Shown here: in pieces, positions 1 to 12,571 of the stretch | Layout of the letters: each line of letters starts with the position of its first letter | How positions within the stretch are numbered: position 1 is the first letter of the stretch | DNA from: Camelus dromedarius | Taxonomy: Eukaryota | DNA length: 64,000 bases | Assembly: GCF_036321535.1 (NCBI RefSeq) | Contig: NC_087436.1 | Coordinates: forward strand, 23,438,001-23,502,000 | Reading direction: 5' to 3' | The notes under the pieces: model-generated | Databases searched by the model: none | What the model was told of the DNA's origin: nothing | What the model saw: only the letters and a program-made list of their open reading frames with translations | Translations under genes and position numbers: made by a program

Positions 1-180
1 TCTTCCAACACGGAAAAAAAATATGGTAGAAATGGAATAAAAAAAAGTAAACTCAGGAGGAAGGGATAACAAAAAAGATCTAGCATTTGTGTCATCAGAA
101 TCCCAGAAGGAAAGGAAAAAGAGTATGGTACTGAAAAATATTTGAAGAATTAATGGTTTTTCAAATTTGGCAAAAGACAG
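1..180 (+). mobile_element. Old L1 ORF1 fragment
   Basis: Degenerate DNKKDLAFVSSESQK / PEGKEKEYGTEKYLK pattern, typical of L1M ORF1 (NI.VIGVPEGEE...EKIFEEI). Confidence 0.6.
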
Positions 181-199
181 TTTCCTAAGGGGAAAGGGT

Positions 200-740
200 G
201 ATTAGGAAAATAATGTCTAAAAAGCTCTGAAGGTGGAGCATAATGGAAGACTGTTGAGAAATGCTGATCTGGACTCTGGGCACCAATGTCGCTAACATCA
301 CACAGAGAACTAAGCAGATAGCATTTACTGTCTGATGACAAAAGAATGCACCACTACCTATAAAGGTCTTTCAGAAAAACAGCAACAACAACAGAAAGCA
401 GCCTGACCTGATCACGCCCATAAACTAGCAATTTAACAGGAAATAGAGAGGACTGAGAAATATGTTAAATCTACCATCTGGATAAAATTAGCAAAATCTG
501 ACAACAGAACAAAACAACACCAGGACAAGAACAAACAACAACAAAAGTAAAGCCCCTTTCTTTCCCAAATAAAGTGCACTGGGCATAAAAAGGATGGAAA
601 GAAGATCTATAGATTAAAAGACACAAAATGTATTTTTAAAAACAGATCAAAAGAACCTATGGCTTATTTTGGATGCACCCTTGAATGATAAAACTACCTT
701 TAAAATGCAAGAAAATGATTGCCATTAAGTAGGATATGGT
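200..740 (+). mobile_element. Old L1 (L1ME/L1MC-type) 3' region fragment
   Basis: A-rich sequence resembling old L1M 3' UTRs; subfamily uncertain. Confidence 0.45.
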
Positions 741-769
741 AATTTTAGAGCATTCACCTTTTTAAAAAT

Positions 770-2130
770 TCAGAATCAAACATGTATCTTGCTAGAGAAT
801 TTAAACTTTAAAGAAAATCTTTAGACAAACTATCTGAAAAAGATAACATACAAAAAGGTAACCATAACATTAAAAGCAACATATTATTCACAAAATTTTG
901 CAAATTGGATGAACAGTGTTGCTGATAATTAAGATGTGTCCTTGAATAGAAAAAAATTCTTGAAATGGCAAAAAGGTGACAAGAAAGGACAATAAACCCA
1001 AGTGAATATTGAAAGGGAGCAGAAACTTTGGCACACTCGGCATGAAGTGAACATTCAGTAAACTGTTTATTTACTTTATACAGTATTCCATATTTGCATT
1101 ACATTTTTCAATAAAAAATGGTTTAAAAATAGCCACAAAAATTCCCTTCTTCTGAATAAGGAAAACATACTAGTACAAATAGGAAACACTGAAATTGCAT
1201 AGAAATATTTGATTATAAAATGGACATTCATGTGCTCTGGAATGTGCATATATTAATATTATAAACCATCTAAATAAAAGCACAAATTTAAATATTCATC
1301 ATAGAGAATGGAAAACTCCAAATTGAACACCATTGTTACAAGGCAAAGTAGTCTATGAGGAAGAAATGATAAATAATAGCGAACTTCCAAGATCATTTTG
1401 ATGTTCTAGTCTGACATTCTCTCATCAAGAAATAAAAACTTTGAGCTTGTTTTCAGTAATTAGAGGGTTCTAAACATACTGTGGATATTTTAAAGTGAAA
1501 TATGCTAACTGGAGACATTTTGATAACTTTCAAGTGTAACCAGGTGCATTCTCTCATACTTCCATGCTCATTAATTTGCAAAATATGTTTCGTCTCATTC
1601 CTAAAAAAGAACTCACTTTTTCCTTTTTACTTATTTTTTTTCCCTTGAAAGGTTATTGAATTCATTGGAGAGTGAATATTGTCCTGAATTTGGTGAGTGA
1701 AGAATATATTCTGCCTGTTGAAACTTGATTTCAAAACTAGACTCAATAGTATACTACACTGCTATTTGGTGAATTAAGTTGTGCCTGTTTACTTTTCTAA
1801 AGATTACAGTTTTTTGATAATAACTAATCATTGGCTAATTTGAGCAGAATCATTTTCATTCGTTTGTTCAATAGACAAAATGTAAGAAATTACTAGTGTA
1901 TTTTTAGTGTTTCTCAAATGAAAACTCAGAAGGATTTCCAGGTCTCCATGGAATCAAGCTTTGAAGATTTTGACAAAATTGAAAATAATGAAGAATGACT
2001 CTGCAGGGTCTTGATGCTTATTTTTCTCTAGACAAAGTATTGTCTTAATCGATGTTCCTCAAAGATTGGTGCTTATACCTCTGGTTGAACATTATGAGCT
2101 TTTAAAAATAGTTATACATTTTATCATAAT
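770..2130 (+). mobile_element. hAT DNA transposon (Blackjack-like) transposase remnant
   Basis: 1715-1765 reads LLKLDFKTRLNSILHCYL, preceded by PEFGE, resembling the hAT 'L.LD.KTRWNS' motif; AT-rich decayed coding-like flanks. Confidence 0.5.
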
Positions 2131-3082
2131 AAAAATATGAATAATACAGCTAATGCTCAGTTTGCAGATGTTGTTGCTTAGAACAAGAAGCTAAGTTCAA
2201 AAGTAACGTTAAGTGAATGGTTAACTTAATGTGGCAAAAAAAAATTGCAATATTGATACGCAGATGAGTGGTTTGGAAACCCTGGTCTGTCAGCAGTGCA
2301 ACAAGCATTGGTTTGAAGAAGAGGGAACCTGGGTTCCAGTTCTGGCTTAATGTATATGTGTTCATTTACTTCTTCATTTCCTAGTTCAAAAGTTTCATGT
2401 AGTGTTCATTATGAGCTATATACTGTAGAGGATCCAAAGATTTGATATTGACCGTAAGGCTGAGGGGGATGAATTACCATACACCCTTGTGTCTTTAGAT
2501 GAGGGACTGGCATGAAGTTAATTCTGCTTCTCTAATATTCTATAAAATGACATTGAGGAATTTACCAAGTAACACTACCAGTGAGTTAGACTGGATGGTT
2601 CCCTTTGATGGTTTGGTTGTGTCAGACAGTCCAGTCCTTAGTACTGTGCCTGCCTTAAGATCTGAAAGGTTTCCTGAGTGAGTTATCTCTAAGCCCCTCC
2701 ACTCGAACCTTTTTGATTTTGAGTTTCTGTGATTCTCTATACATGAATCTACCACTGTCAGTCATTTCAGCTGAGTACATGTTCTACTGAATTTTTATAA
2801 AATAATCTGCTTTAAAATCAAGACTAATCACTGGGCTCTGAGAACGTAAAAGGTGTTCTGTTTTAGTAAGACAGCATGATTCTTTGAAGGGCGTAGGAGT
2901 CAGGGTCACAGGGAAACTAATGTTTTATAAAAGGCTGCACATGAGTTGCTAGCAAGGTGCTAAAATGCTTGGTTCCTAATGGATTTTCTTACTTTCAGTA
3001 CACAGACATAATCCTCATAGTTTTGTGTTTCCCCGGTAACTGTTTATACTAATAATCACCTTGAGCGAGTTCTGTCAGGCTG

Positions 3083-3500
3083 TGTCAGAATCTGGGATTT
3101 TACACAACTTACAAGCTTATAAGTTAGCTTGATTTCACAGGTGCTGGGAGGAGACATGAGATGCCCGGGTCAGAGTCTATTACTCACAGCTCACAGCAGT
3201 GTGAGCTTCATGATGATTTGCTTCTGTTCCCCATCTCCCCCGAGTCCCCCAGGTAGGTGTCTGCACACACAGTGGGTTATTGTACAGGGAGGGAAGCTGA
3301 GCTCAGGGAATCTATTGTTTTTACAGCAAGTGGAAGCAAGTTCACTCTTCTACCAGGGGGAGAGGAATGACCTCATCCCATATAGTTGCTCTTTGCAAAC
3401 ACACCCTAAGAAATGGCCTGAATAAAGGCCAGGCAGGACCTTGTGCTCTTGGCACACCAGAGACACTCGGGGCCCTGGCAGACACCTCTCCTAGGAACCT
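3083..3500 (-). mobile_element. ERVL-class LTR (LTR40-like)
   Basis: Starts tgtcagaatctgggattttacac...aagttagc...gggtcagag; homologous to the copy at 60912-61352. Confidence 0.55.
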
Positions 3501-3814
3501 CTAACCTCTTTAGTTCTGTGACAAATTCCTACTTTCCCTCCTTCCTTATACAGTAATCTCAAGGGAATTACTGCAGAATGTCTCATAAAGTGTTGGTGGG
3601 CTGCCTATCAGTCAGAAAGGAGGAGAACTACACTGGCTGGCATTGAAGAAGCATTAGTAGAAGTCAACAGCATAATAGTAAATACAGTTTTAAATAAATC
3701 AAGTCCTATTTTGTAGCTCTCCCCCTACCCTTTCTTTTTCACTGTTTTACCAAACTTTGCAACAATCAGAAGAAAGGACAAGCCTGTCTGTAGTTCAGTT
3801 TTGTTTTTGTTTTG

Positions 3815-4597
3815 AATATAGTTCCCTGTGCTATACAGCAAATCCTTGTTGTTTATCTATTTTATATATATATATATAATATTTTATGTATTATATATAT
3901 ATTATATATACACATATATACTTTGTATCTGCTAATCCCAAACTCCTAATTTATCCCTCCCCCCTTTCCCCTTTGGTAACCACAAGCTTGTTTTCTATGT
4001 CTGTGAGTCTGTTTCTGTTTTGTAAGTTGATTTGTATTATTTTTATAGGTTCCATATAAAAATGATATATGATATTTGTCTTTCTCTGTTGGACTTACTG
4101 CACTTAATATGATAAACTCTAGGTCTATCCATGTTGCTGCAGATGGCATTATTTCATTCTTTTTGTGGCTGAGTAATATTCCATTATGTATATACCACAT
4201 CTTCTTTATCCAGTCATCTGTTGATGCACATTTAGATTTTTTCCATGTCTTGGCTGTTGTAAATAGTGCTGCTATGAACATTGGGGTTCATGTTTTGTTT
4301 TTTTTTTATTTAGACCTTTTGTCTTTTCTGGATGTATGCCCAAGAGTGGGATTGCTGGGTCACATGGTAACTCTATTTTTAGTTTTTTAAGGAACCTCCA
4401 TAGTGTTTTCCACAGTGGCTTCACCAATATACATTTCCACCAACAGGGAAGGAAGGTTCCCTTTTCTCTACACCCTCTCCAGCATTTATTATTTGTAGAC
4501 TTTTTGATAATGGCCATTCTGACTGGTGTGAAGTGATACCTCATTGTAGTTTTGATTTGCGTTTCTCTAATAGTGATGTTGAGCATCTTTTCATGTT
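3815..4597 (-). mobile_element. L1 3' end (ORF2 C-terminus + 3' UTR), artiodactyl/camelid-type
   Basis: ORFs 4272..4586 ([20 protein letters not shown]...CWRGC..KGT...CWW) and 3946..4281 ([14 protein letters not shown]...DWIKKMWYI) are the L1 ORF2 C-terminus. Confidence 0.95.
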
Positions 4598-4759
4598 GTG
4601 GTTTGTTTTAAAACAAGTGCTTAAGATTAATAATTGCCAGAATAGTTAGTAACACTCATCATAGCAAAAGTAGATCAAGTCTTCCCCAACTTGAAGCAGA
4701 GATCTGACCAGACTCCGTTTCTTCTTCTTCTCTAGTGAAGGCAGAAAACAAAAGAATAC

Positions 4760-5382
4760 CTTGCTGCTAAGGGATAGGGTCTTGCCTGTTATGCTCAGAA
4801 ACAGACTTTGTGTCTGGTCTAAAGGCTGATGATAACTAATTTAAAATCCCCCTTAAAGCTGTAGAATAACTATCTCTTCAAGGTATGGAAAGAGCCTAGA
4901 ACCCCTTGCTATTCATCCTTGATGGTAGAATTGTGAGTTTTTCCATTTGCTAGGTTTTCTTTATGTACTGCATGAAGCAAAATATAAGAAAATGTAGTTT
5001 TCATTTTGGGAGAAAATTGATATGCCCTTCAGAGGCCTCCTGGAGTCTCTCTGTCTCATGGAAGTTTCTTAAGCGACCTCTACAGATCTTTATGTTTCAG
5101 GGCAATAATGTCCCTTAGAGCATTGTTTCTCTCATTTAAAGATATTAGGCATTATTTTTTTTTTCTAACAAGCATCATTGGCCACAACCCAACTCAGCAT
5201 TTTAACATCTTCTCACACGTATCTCTGTGGTTCAGTTTTGGATTTGATGTAAAAGGCATCTAGTCAACTCTTAACTTCACCTCAGAAAAGTGTCATCAGC
5301 TTTAAAAAGTCACTGGCTTTACCGTGCTGCAGGTGACCACCTGCGCTCGAAATGGGACTTATATTGCTTGTCCTAACGGTCT
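4760..5382 (-). pseudogene. Two candidate 3' exon remnants (acceptors at 5382 and 4967)
   Basis: Acceptors ttcccgcatctcccccAG| and tattttgcttcatgcAG|; donor aag|GTattc at 4760. Partly open frames (TVRTSNISPISSAGGHLQHGKASDFLKLM...; HKENLANGKTHNSTIKDE*). Confidence 0.28.
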
Positions 5383-5459
5383 CTGGGGGAGATGCGGGAA
5401 GAAATTCTGAGGGAAAGTTGCCTGGCATGGTGGTCTGTAAGTACTAAGAGCATCTGGCT

Positions 5460-5597
5460 AGAAACCCTCCTCTGCCCGATTTCTTAGATTCCTCGAGGGC
5501 ACCAGCTGGTCTCCTTCATTAATGTGGCGCCATCGCCAGCACACTGGCTACATGTGAGCCCATAAATATTGGTTGAATGAATGAATGAATGAATGAA
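5460..5597 (+). mobile_element. L2 3' end
   Basis: Ends cataaatattggttgaatgaatgaatgaatgaatgaa, the typical L2 tail. Confidence 0.7.
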
Positions 5598-5982
5598 CGT
5601 TCTTCTCTAGATCCTTACTTTTCCTGCCTCTTAAAAAGGAGACATGTCTGTGCTGCCTCAGAGGGTGACACAGTGTTTCCACAATGCCTTTTCACCTCAG
5701 AGCTCATGTATCTTTCTGTCAGATTTTCTCACTGCCCCTTAACGCATCCCAGTGAGAGGGCAGAAAAGCCAGAGAATTAATTTTCCTTTTGGTTCTGGTC
5801 GTGGCCCTTCACACTTACAGAACCCTAGGCACATGTGAAACATCATCTACAGTGATAACCGATGTCACCCCATCATGACATACGTCAGGAGATACTCTGA
5901 ATACACTAAAAGACACCATGAACGTCATTTAGGGGCCATGGATAAGGAACTTTACGGCATTTATTCTCTTTGAGATGGTACA

Positions 5983-6001
5983 CTAGTGACCTCTAGTGGC
6001 A
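5983..6001 (-). promoter_or_regulatory. Candidate CTCF site
   Basis: Minus strand tgccactagaggtcactag, close to the CTCF core CCACYAGRKGGCRCTA. Confidence 0.4.
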
Positions 6002-6359
6002 AAATTGATTCAAGATAAGTTTCTGTTTCACCATAAAAAAATTGTCTTTATTATTTTCAGTCCTTAGGTTTTCCCTTCATTTAGTAACATTTTCTACTTG
6101 TAGAATAACCTTAGTTATGCACAGTGATTTGTAGCTGCTCATATCCAAACTTTATTTTTTTAATTTTTTGTGGTTTTTTTCAAACTTTATTTTTGCATTT
6201 TATAGAATCACAGGACTTTTGAGCTGAAAGAGCTCTCAAAAGAATTTGTTAGTTTTATCTCATTCTGTGTGGAAAATGAGACCCAGAGAAATAAAGTGAC
6301 TTGCCTGAAGTCTCGCTTCATGCATAGGAGTAAAAGTCTAATGAGTCTGAGGCTTTTCT

Positions 6360-6540
6360 AACCAGAGGACTGCAGCCTAGCTGACATCTGGCTGCAAGGG
6401 CAGCAGGAATTCTCAAGGCAGAACCGCCCAGCTACACCCCCTTGAATCTCTGAGCCACAAAATAGTGAGCAAATAAAGTGAGTGTTGCCTTACAACACTA
6501 AGTTTGGGGGTATGTTACACAGCGATAATAATCAGAACAA
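6360..6540 (+). mobile_element. MaLR (MLT1-type) LTR 3' part
   Basis: cagcctagctgaca...aataaa...cactaagtttgggg...gttacacagcgataataatcagaaca. Confidence 0.7.
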
Positions 6541-7414
6541 AGAATTTATTTAGGAAGTTTCTCTGCTTCTATGAAAAATACTGAATGAAAAATACAAAAT
6601 AATGTACACCTATCAGGTATGAGTAAAATCTGTTAATCTTCTGTTAACAGTCAAAAATATCAGCTGTAATAAATCAAAGAGCTCTCAGTCCAAATGAATA
6701 CATATTCTAATTGAGAGAAATATAAGTTCTTCCATTAGACTACAGATATTAGAGATATGTACGTTTTGAAATGAGGGACCCAAAAGAGGAAATGTGTTCT
6801 ACATCCTGTAAAAATCAAATGAGTCAATCTCAATCAAAAAGCATAGTTTGAACTCCTCATGTGTTGGTCACTTAAGAGAATACAGAGGTCTCGGAGGGTT
6901 CACAATCTAGCTGGTAAGACACATAGCGTCCACGTTAGAACACCGATAAAGCAGGACGGCACTAAGTGTGATAGAGCTTTGGAGAGAGTTGGGCTATATT
7001 AGGAACACATGTGGGGGTGAGGACGTGACAAATAGACTTTCTGACTAGTGTACTTGCTATTCTCCCAGCAGTAATATTTATGAGAGTGGCAGCGTTTCTC
7101 TCTTAGTTTCTCCTGTATCACCAATACTCGGCCTATCACGGGGATGCAGTGTGAGCATATTGAAGAAATGGCTGAATGATACATGTTTGGAAATAGTAGG
7201 AAGTCAGTTGGATATTTAGAGTTTGAACCAGAAAGAATTAATAAATTAAAGAGTGAATGAATGAATCAGCTGAGAAGAACATGGAAAGCCAAATAGGAAT
7301 TTGATACACTGGATTCCTAAGGTAGTGAGGGACATGTTTTCTGGAAAGATTTGTGTAGAGCTAGTATCCATTTGTAGGAAGAAGCCACAGCGGGTGAAGG
7401 TGGGACATAAATAA

Positions 7415-7580
7415 CAATAGTAATAGCTAACATTTATTGAGTTCTAACTATTTGTAAGGTGCTGTACTGAGCACTTAACATAAAATATCTCATTCAGTCC
7501 TCACCATAATCCTATAAGGCAGGTAGTATGATTATCTTTATTTTGCTCATGAGAAAACTGATATTCCTAGAGGCTAAATT
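7415..7580 (-). mobile_element. MIR SINE
   Basis: atagctaacatttattgag...ctcattcagtcctcac...atgagaaaactga. Confidence 0.75.
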
Positions 7581-8363
7581 CTATGACTGTACAAAGTCAT
7601 AAGACTATAGAAGACTGTTACAAAATTCAGTCATGAGTGGTAGAGGCAGTGGAAATGGAGACAAGGGGATATTACCATAAACATTTTCAAGAAAGTAGAA
7701 GCAGGATGTGTTAACAGACTAAATCAACTATGGAAGATAAAAGTGAAGGAAGGGTCCAAGTTGAGCATGGTTTTCAGTCTCGGGTTCTAGAAAAAAAAAT
7801 GCTAGAAGTGTGTTGCAACTCTGTCACATGGATGCGTCACCCTATGGGACCTCCAGCCCCTTTACACCCCAGGTTCTGAGAGAGCTAAGCCTGCCTAAGG
7901 TATCCATTGCATGAAATAAAATAAATTCTCCCCTTGCATCTAGAAAGGTACTTGTTATGTGCCATCTCTGGGAGAATTGAGAAAGCAGTCACTCAAATCC
8001 TTTTCCACATTCCATGGTCATTTGAGGAAGCCTAGTTGAGAAAGGATATGATTGTTTAGCAGAAGATTTCCTTTTGGAAATTGTATAATATTTAGCCTAT
8101 TCACCCTTGTCCTTCCCCAGTCTAATAAACTACCTCAAAAGACTGTAACTTTGACCAAGAAAGAACTGGTTCCAAAGTTCTAACTTTGAGCAAATTCCTG
8201 GCTCTGAACTCCCAGCCCATTTGATGGCCAAGTCCATTGAATTTAATTCTTCTTGAACTCAAAAGCTTGAACTGCTGGTTGTTTTGCTTTGTTTTGTTTT
8301 TCTGTTTGTTTTCTCTACAAAGAATTTTCTTGGAAAATTTTCCCCTTCCATCAGTAACTTCAC

Positions 8364-8624
8364 CTTCTTAAAATGGTGACCACAGAATCTAGATTTTGTA
8401 GGTTGGTCACACTGTACCACGGTGTAGAGAGCCGAGAATCTCCAGATTCTCCAGGCCTTTCCTGATGCGTTGAGTGCTTCCTCTCTCACCACTTGGGTTT
8501 GGTGCAGTTTACCTGCCCTGCAATCCAGTGGGTTGGGAAGGGCTCACTTCATGGTGACATTTCGCTGGAAGAGTCCTATGTGTTGACTGGAACATCTGTA
8601 AACCCCTGTAGGTCAATCACCAAG
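8364..8624 (-). pseudogene. Candidate exon remnant
   Basis: ccttttcccatcAG|c ... aag|GTgaag; 261 nt, phase 2/2, 3 stops: LVIDLQGFTDVPVNT*DSSSEMSP*...PWYSVTNLQNLDSVVTILR. Confidence 0.35.
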
Positions 8625-8984
8625 CTGATGGGAAAAGGTTTCTAAAGCCTCCTAACCATAAGTCATTCACCTTTTATGTCTTTCAATATGTAAACTTTAT
8701 GGAAATTTCTGGAAGGGATTATTCGGACTGAAGTGGTGACAGAAAAAGGAAAAGAATTGCTATTTCAGGTAGAACAATAAAGAACTGTGGTGGATTTTAA
8801 CTGACTACAACACAAAGTTCCTATTCTGAGCTTATTTTTGGTATGGTAGCAGGGACAATTTTTTTAAAACTTCAAAAATTATTTGTTTAGTCAGGAATAT
8901 TCATTGTAGAGAATTTTTCATTATACAGGTATTTTTTTTTACTATATTTATAATATATATAACATATATTCCACATTTACCAGG

Positions 8985-9190
8985 TGCCACACAGTTTTAC
9001 AAGAACTGTCTTACTTAATTCTTACAAAATGTTTAGGAAGTAGGTACTTGGCATCCCCATGCTATGGATGAGGAAATGAAAGCTTAGAGAGGTTAAATAA
9101 CTTGCCCAGTGCTACCACAGCTAGCTAAGCCACAATTTGATTCCAGGGACTTCAGCTGCAGAGCTTGGAAACTTAATTATTACTCAGTGC
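8985..9190 (-). mobile_element. MIR SINE
   Basis: gatgaggaaatgaaagcttagagaggttaaataacttgccca core. Confidence 0.75.
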
Positions 9191-9326
9191 TGCCTAAGAA
9201 AAAGCCATCCTCTGTAAGTGCACAATAAATAAGGGAAATAACCAGCCTTAGCAGCAGTATTTGTGTGTGAATAGTTAATAGACGCAGCAGCAATCATTGT
9301 AATACACAGATTCTAAGCGCTTAAAC

Positions 9327-9440
9327 CTAAATTTATCTGAGCTGAAGACTTCTTTCCATGTCCTTAAAATGATAAAACTAAAACTTTTCTCAAAAAGTTA
9401 TTCAGCTCAGACTAGTGAGATCTTCCTTCATCTCCAGACC
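9327..9440 (-). pseudogene. RGS-like pseudogene: candidate exon resembling an RGS C-terminal helix
   Basis: ttggcttaAG|g ... ag|GTttaa; ...AE*LFEKSFSFIILRTWKEVFSSDKF; 114 nt, phase 2/2, matching the phase of the next block. Confidence 0.35.
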
Positions 9441-10449
9441 CTTAAGCCAACAATACAATAGGGAGTGGCTGGACCAAAGGAGCAAAAAGTGCAAAGTTCA
9501 GGCCATGAGATTAGGTTGGAGGGAAGGAGGAGGAGGACCTTGGACAGTGTAGATGAGAGAGAAGAAAAGTGGAAAGGAGGGAGGGTAGAGCAAGGCAGAG
9601 AAGGGCAACACAGGACCAGAGAGGGCAGTTGAGAGGAGATAAAAGGTAAGGTAAAGACAAAGAACAGAGTGGATTTTAAAAAAACACATGGAGGGAATAT
9701 GGAAAATGGGAAGGAGAAAGAAGGCACGAGGTACCACAAATTAAAGATGTTCCTGTGAATCAACCTGTGTTAGAATGTTGAAAATGAGACCGAATGTAAT
9801 GGTGTTTTTAAAACCAGTGTAGGAGGAAGGGCTATGAAAAGTGGCCTAGTGAAATGACAAAGTCAGCTCTGCTCTGTGTCTTGATCATTTTGTCAGGTGG
9901 CATCTCTGGTATGTGAAAGTTAAGATCATGATCCTAACGTGAGTCATGAGTTTGAGAGCCATAAGGAAATACCAGCATTTGGTTTATAAACATTCCATCT
10001 TCTGAGAGAAATTAAGGTTAACAACTTCTCGGAATCCAGCCACATGGTAATAGGAACATAGGCTGTCTACACCCGCCTTCTACCCGGTGGCCAATCACTG
10101 CCGGGGGAGCCCGACTTGAGGTTCAAAGCAGACACACTGAAGTGACAGCCTGAACCGAGGAGAGCCTAGTACCTCGTAGGCTGTCATTAAATGGGTGAAT
10201 GAATAAAAGAATATTTGATTTTTCCTCATTGGCCATCCTTCCCTATGACTCTTTTGGAGACTAATTTATAAGAGAAGAAGAAATGAAGTGAAGTTAAGTG
10301 AGAATTTTAGTAACTCAAGGCAGTAGGAAGAGAATCTATATACACTTGATTGAAATACTGCCTATAAAAGATTTCAGGGCACTAGGTATCTCTTCCTCTT
10401 CTCTAAGGCTATATTGAGGACTTTTACTCAATAAAGTAGGAAGCCATGA

Positions 10450-11130
10450 GGCTATTCTCATATAAATACATACATACATAGTTTGATGTGAAATGAAATA
10501 TTACCTAGTTTCAAAATATCTCCCCCCAAAAGACTTGCTAATTATTAAAAGAAAAAGGAGCAAGACACCACCATAACCAAGGCATCAAAGTGAACCTCAC
10601 TACTAAAGGATAAATGGAAACTATGGACCACCCGTTACAGTACAGTGAGAAGAACACAGCATTCCTTCTGTGATGTTCTCACCAAACATACCGATATTGA
10701 GGAACATGTTACAAAACAACTGCTCTATAATCTTTAAAATTATCAAAGTTATGAAAGTCAAGTAAAGACTTGTTCCAGATTGAAGGGGGCTAAAGCGATG
10801 TGACAACTAAATGCAACGTGTGACTCTAACCGGGTGCTTTTGCTGTCACGGATATCGTCAAGACAACTGGTGAGATGTAAATGCACTTTGAAGATTAGGT
10901 GATTGTGATGTCTGAATGTCATTTTCCTGACTTGGTTGGTTGTATTGTGATTATGAAGGAGAAAGTCCCTGTTTGTAGGAAATACGCACTTAAGTATCTA
11001 GGGGTAGTGGGGGTGTTGGATTGGCAACTTACTCTCAAATAATTCAGGAAAAAAGAATCCTTCTTAATGTACTTGCAAATGTTTGATACTTGAGGTTGTT
11101 TCAAAATGAAAATAAAATTTCAACAAAAAA
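10450..11130 (+). mobile_element. Old L1 (L1MC-type) 3' UTR
   Basis: gacaactaaatgcaacgtgtgac...ttttcctgacttggttggttgtattgtg...ggcaacttactctcaaataattcagg...A-rich end. Confidence 0.75.
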
Positions 11131-11809
11131 GATATGACTATGTTGAAGGGTGGCATTTACAATTTAGGTCTTATCTCCCCTGCCCCCCACCCTCAGTGCT
11201 TTGTGTGTCCTATGGCCAAATCTGCCACTTTCCACATTTTATTCTCCTAAGACAACTTTTTGCACACATCACTAAAAATGCAAAAGGCGGTAGTGATGTG
11301 TTGATAGATGTCTTCAATCCTAGCACTGGTATTTTCACATGCTTCTCAAAAATCAGCACTCTAGTTAGGATTGATATCTTACTTCCATAGATCAGAAAAA
11401 CTCTAATGTTAACCTTGTTTTTTAGAAAAAAAAATGATTGTATAAATAGAACATGAAATGTAATAATTTATAATCCCTTCACACTAATAAAGACATTTTT
11501 CCACATTTTCTTCCCATCCTAGTCCCTATACATAAATTACTTTCACATGGTTGTAATCACAACATAGATACAATTTTATATTCTACCGTCCTTGTCTGAG
11601 CATACTCCAGTATTGTTAGAGAGCCTCTGGGGCGCTTCCTGCCCTCTGAGTCTGTGATTACATTTTGAACATTGACCTCATAACTATGGGACCATATTTC
11701 ACTGTTCAACACCTGCAATGCAGGCACCTTATTGTTTCCACCTTGTCAGTATAATGCAATTGTGCTAGCTGGTAATTTCCATCCTGATGCATTGTCATTT
11801 GACAAAGGC

Positions 11810-12005
11810 TTTGAAGTCGGTCAGACCTGGGCTGCTATCCCGCCCTGTTTTGGACAAGTTACTAAACCTTTTGAGTCCCAGTTTTCAATGTGGAAACCAG
11901 GGATAATAATATCTATCACATGCTGTATATGAGGATTAAATGAGATAATGAATGTGAAGTTCTTAGCACAGTGCTTGGACGTATTAAGTTCTCAGTAAAT
12001 GTCAT
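11810..12005 (+). mobile_element. MIR SINE
   Basis: ggacaagttactaaacc...gaggattaaatgagataat...cttagcacagtgcttgg. Confidence 0.8.
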
Positions 12006-12054
12006 TAGCATCCACCTAAGAGATACATGATCAGATAGTAAAATATGGGCTTAC

Positions 12055-12196
12055 TCCGAATATTTAATTTTGTGACTCTTAGTTTTATTTGTGATGAGTG
12101 ATGAGTTATTTTTTAGCTGGTATCAGATATCCAAAGAGTTAACTAGGATTTCTAAAGAAACCAACTGATTTTCTAATCATCTTCAGGAGTGAGAAC
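12055..12196 (-). pseudogene. RGS-like pseudogene: candidate exon
   Basis: tagttttcctatAG|gtt ... gga|GTaagc; VLTPEDD*KISWFL*KS*LTLW..., heavily decayed. Confidence 0.35.
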
Positions 12197-12438
12197 CTAT
12201 AGGAAAACTAGAGTGACAGCTGATTAATCATCTTTCTTCAACATCTGCTTTAGTTTTTCTGCCTCCTCCCCCTCAAAAAAGGTTAAAAAAAAACCTTAAG
12301 GATATTATCATTGGAACATGACCAAAATATTACACACAGTTTGTTTCTTTAAAATGACCAGTTAGCTGTAAATTTGCCTAATTCCTTTTATAGTCAAATG
12401 ACTATATACTATGGAAAAAGGATGATGTCCCCACTTAC

Positions 12439-12571
12439 AGACTGGACCAATAAAGGAATTACTGTTTGTATTAGCAGAAAAAATTCTACAAACACTATTC
12501 TTTGAGAAATTCCTTGAAATATAGGCTCTCCCTGTGTGTTTGATGATCATCAAGTATTTTACAGAGAGGCA
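12439..12571 (-). pseudogene. RGS-like pseudogene: exon encoding the start of an RGS domain, with premature stop
   Basis: cactaactctctcattcAG|tg ... tct|GTaagt. Frame PLCKILDDHQTHRESLYFKEFLKE*CL*NFF; compare RGSL1 LTEVLLNTQHLEFFREFLKE and generic RGS helices 1-3. Confidence 0.6.

Noticed and set aside
2480..2837. Possible last exon block of the pseudogene
   Set aside because: Acceptor present, but many stops and no motif. Used only as a tentative outer bound, not listed as its own feature.
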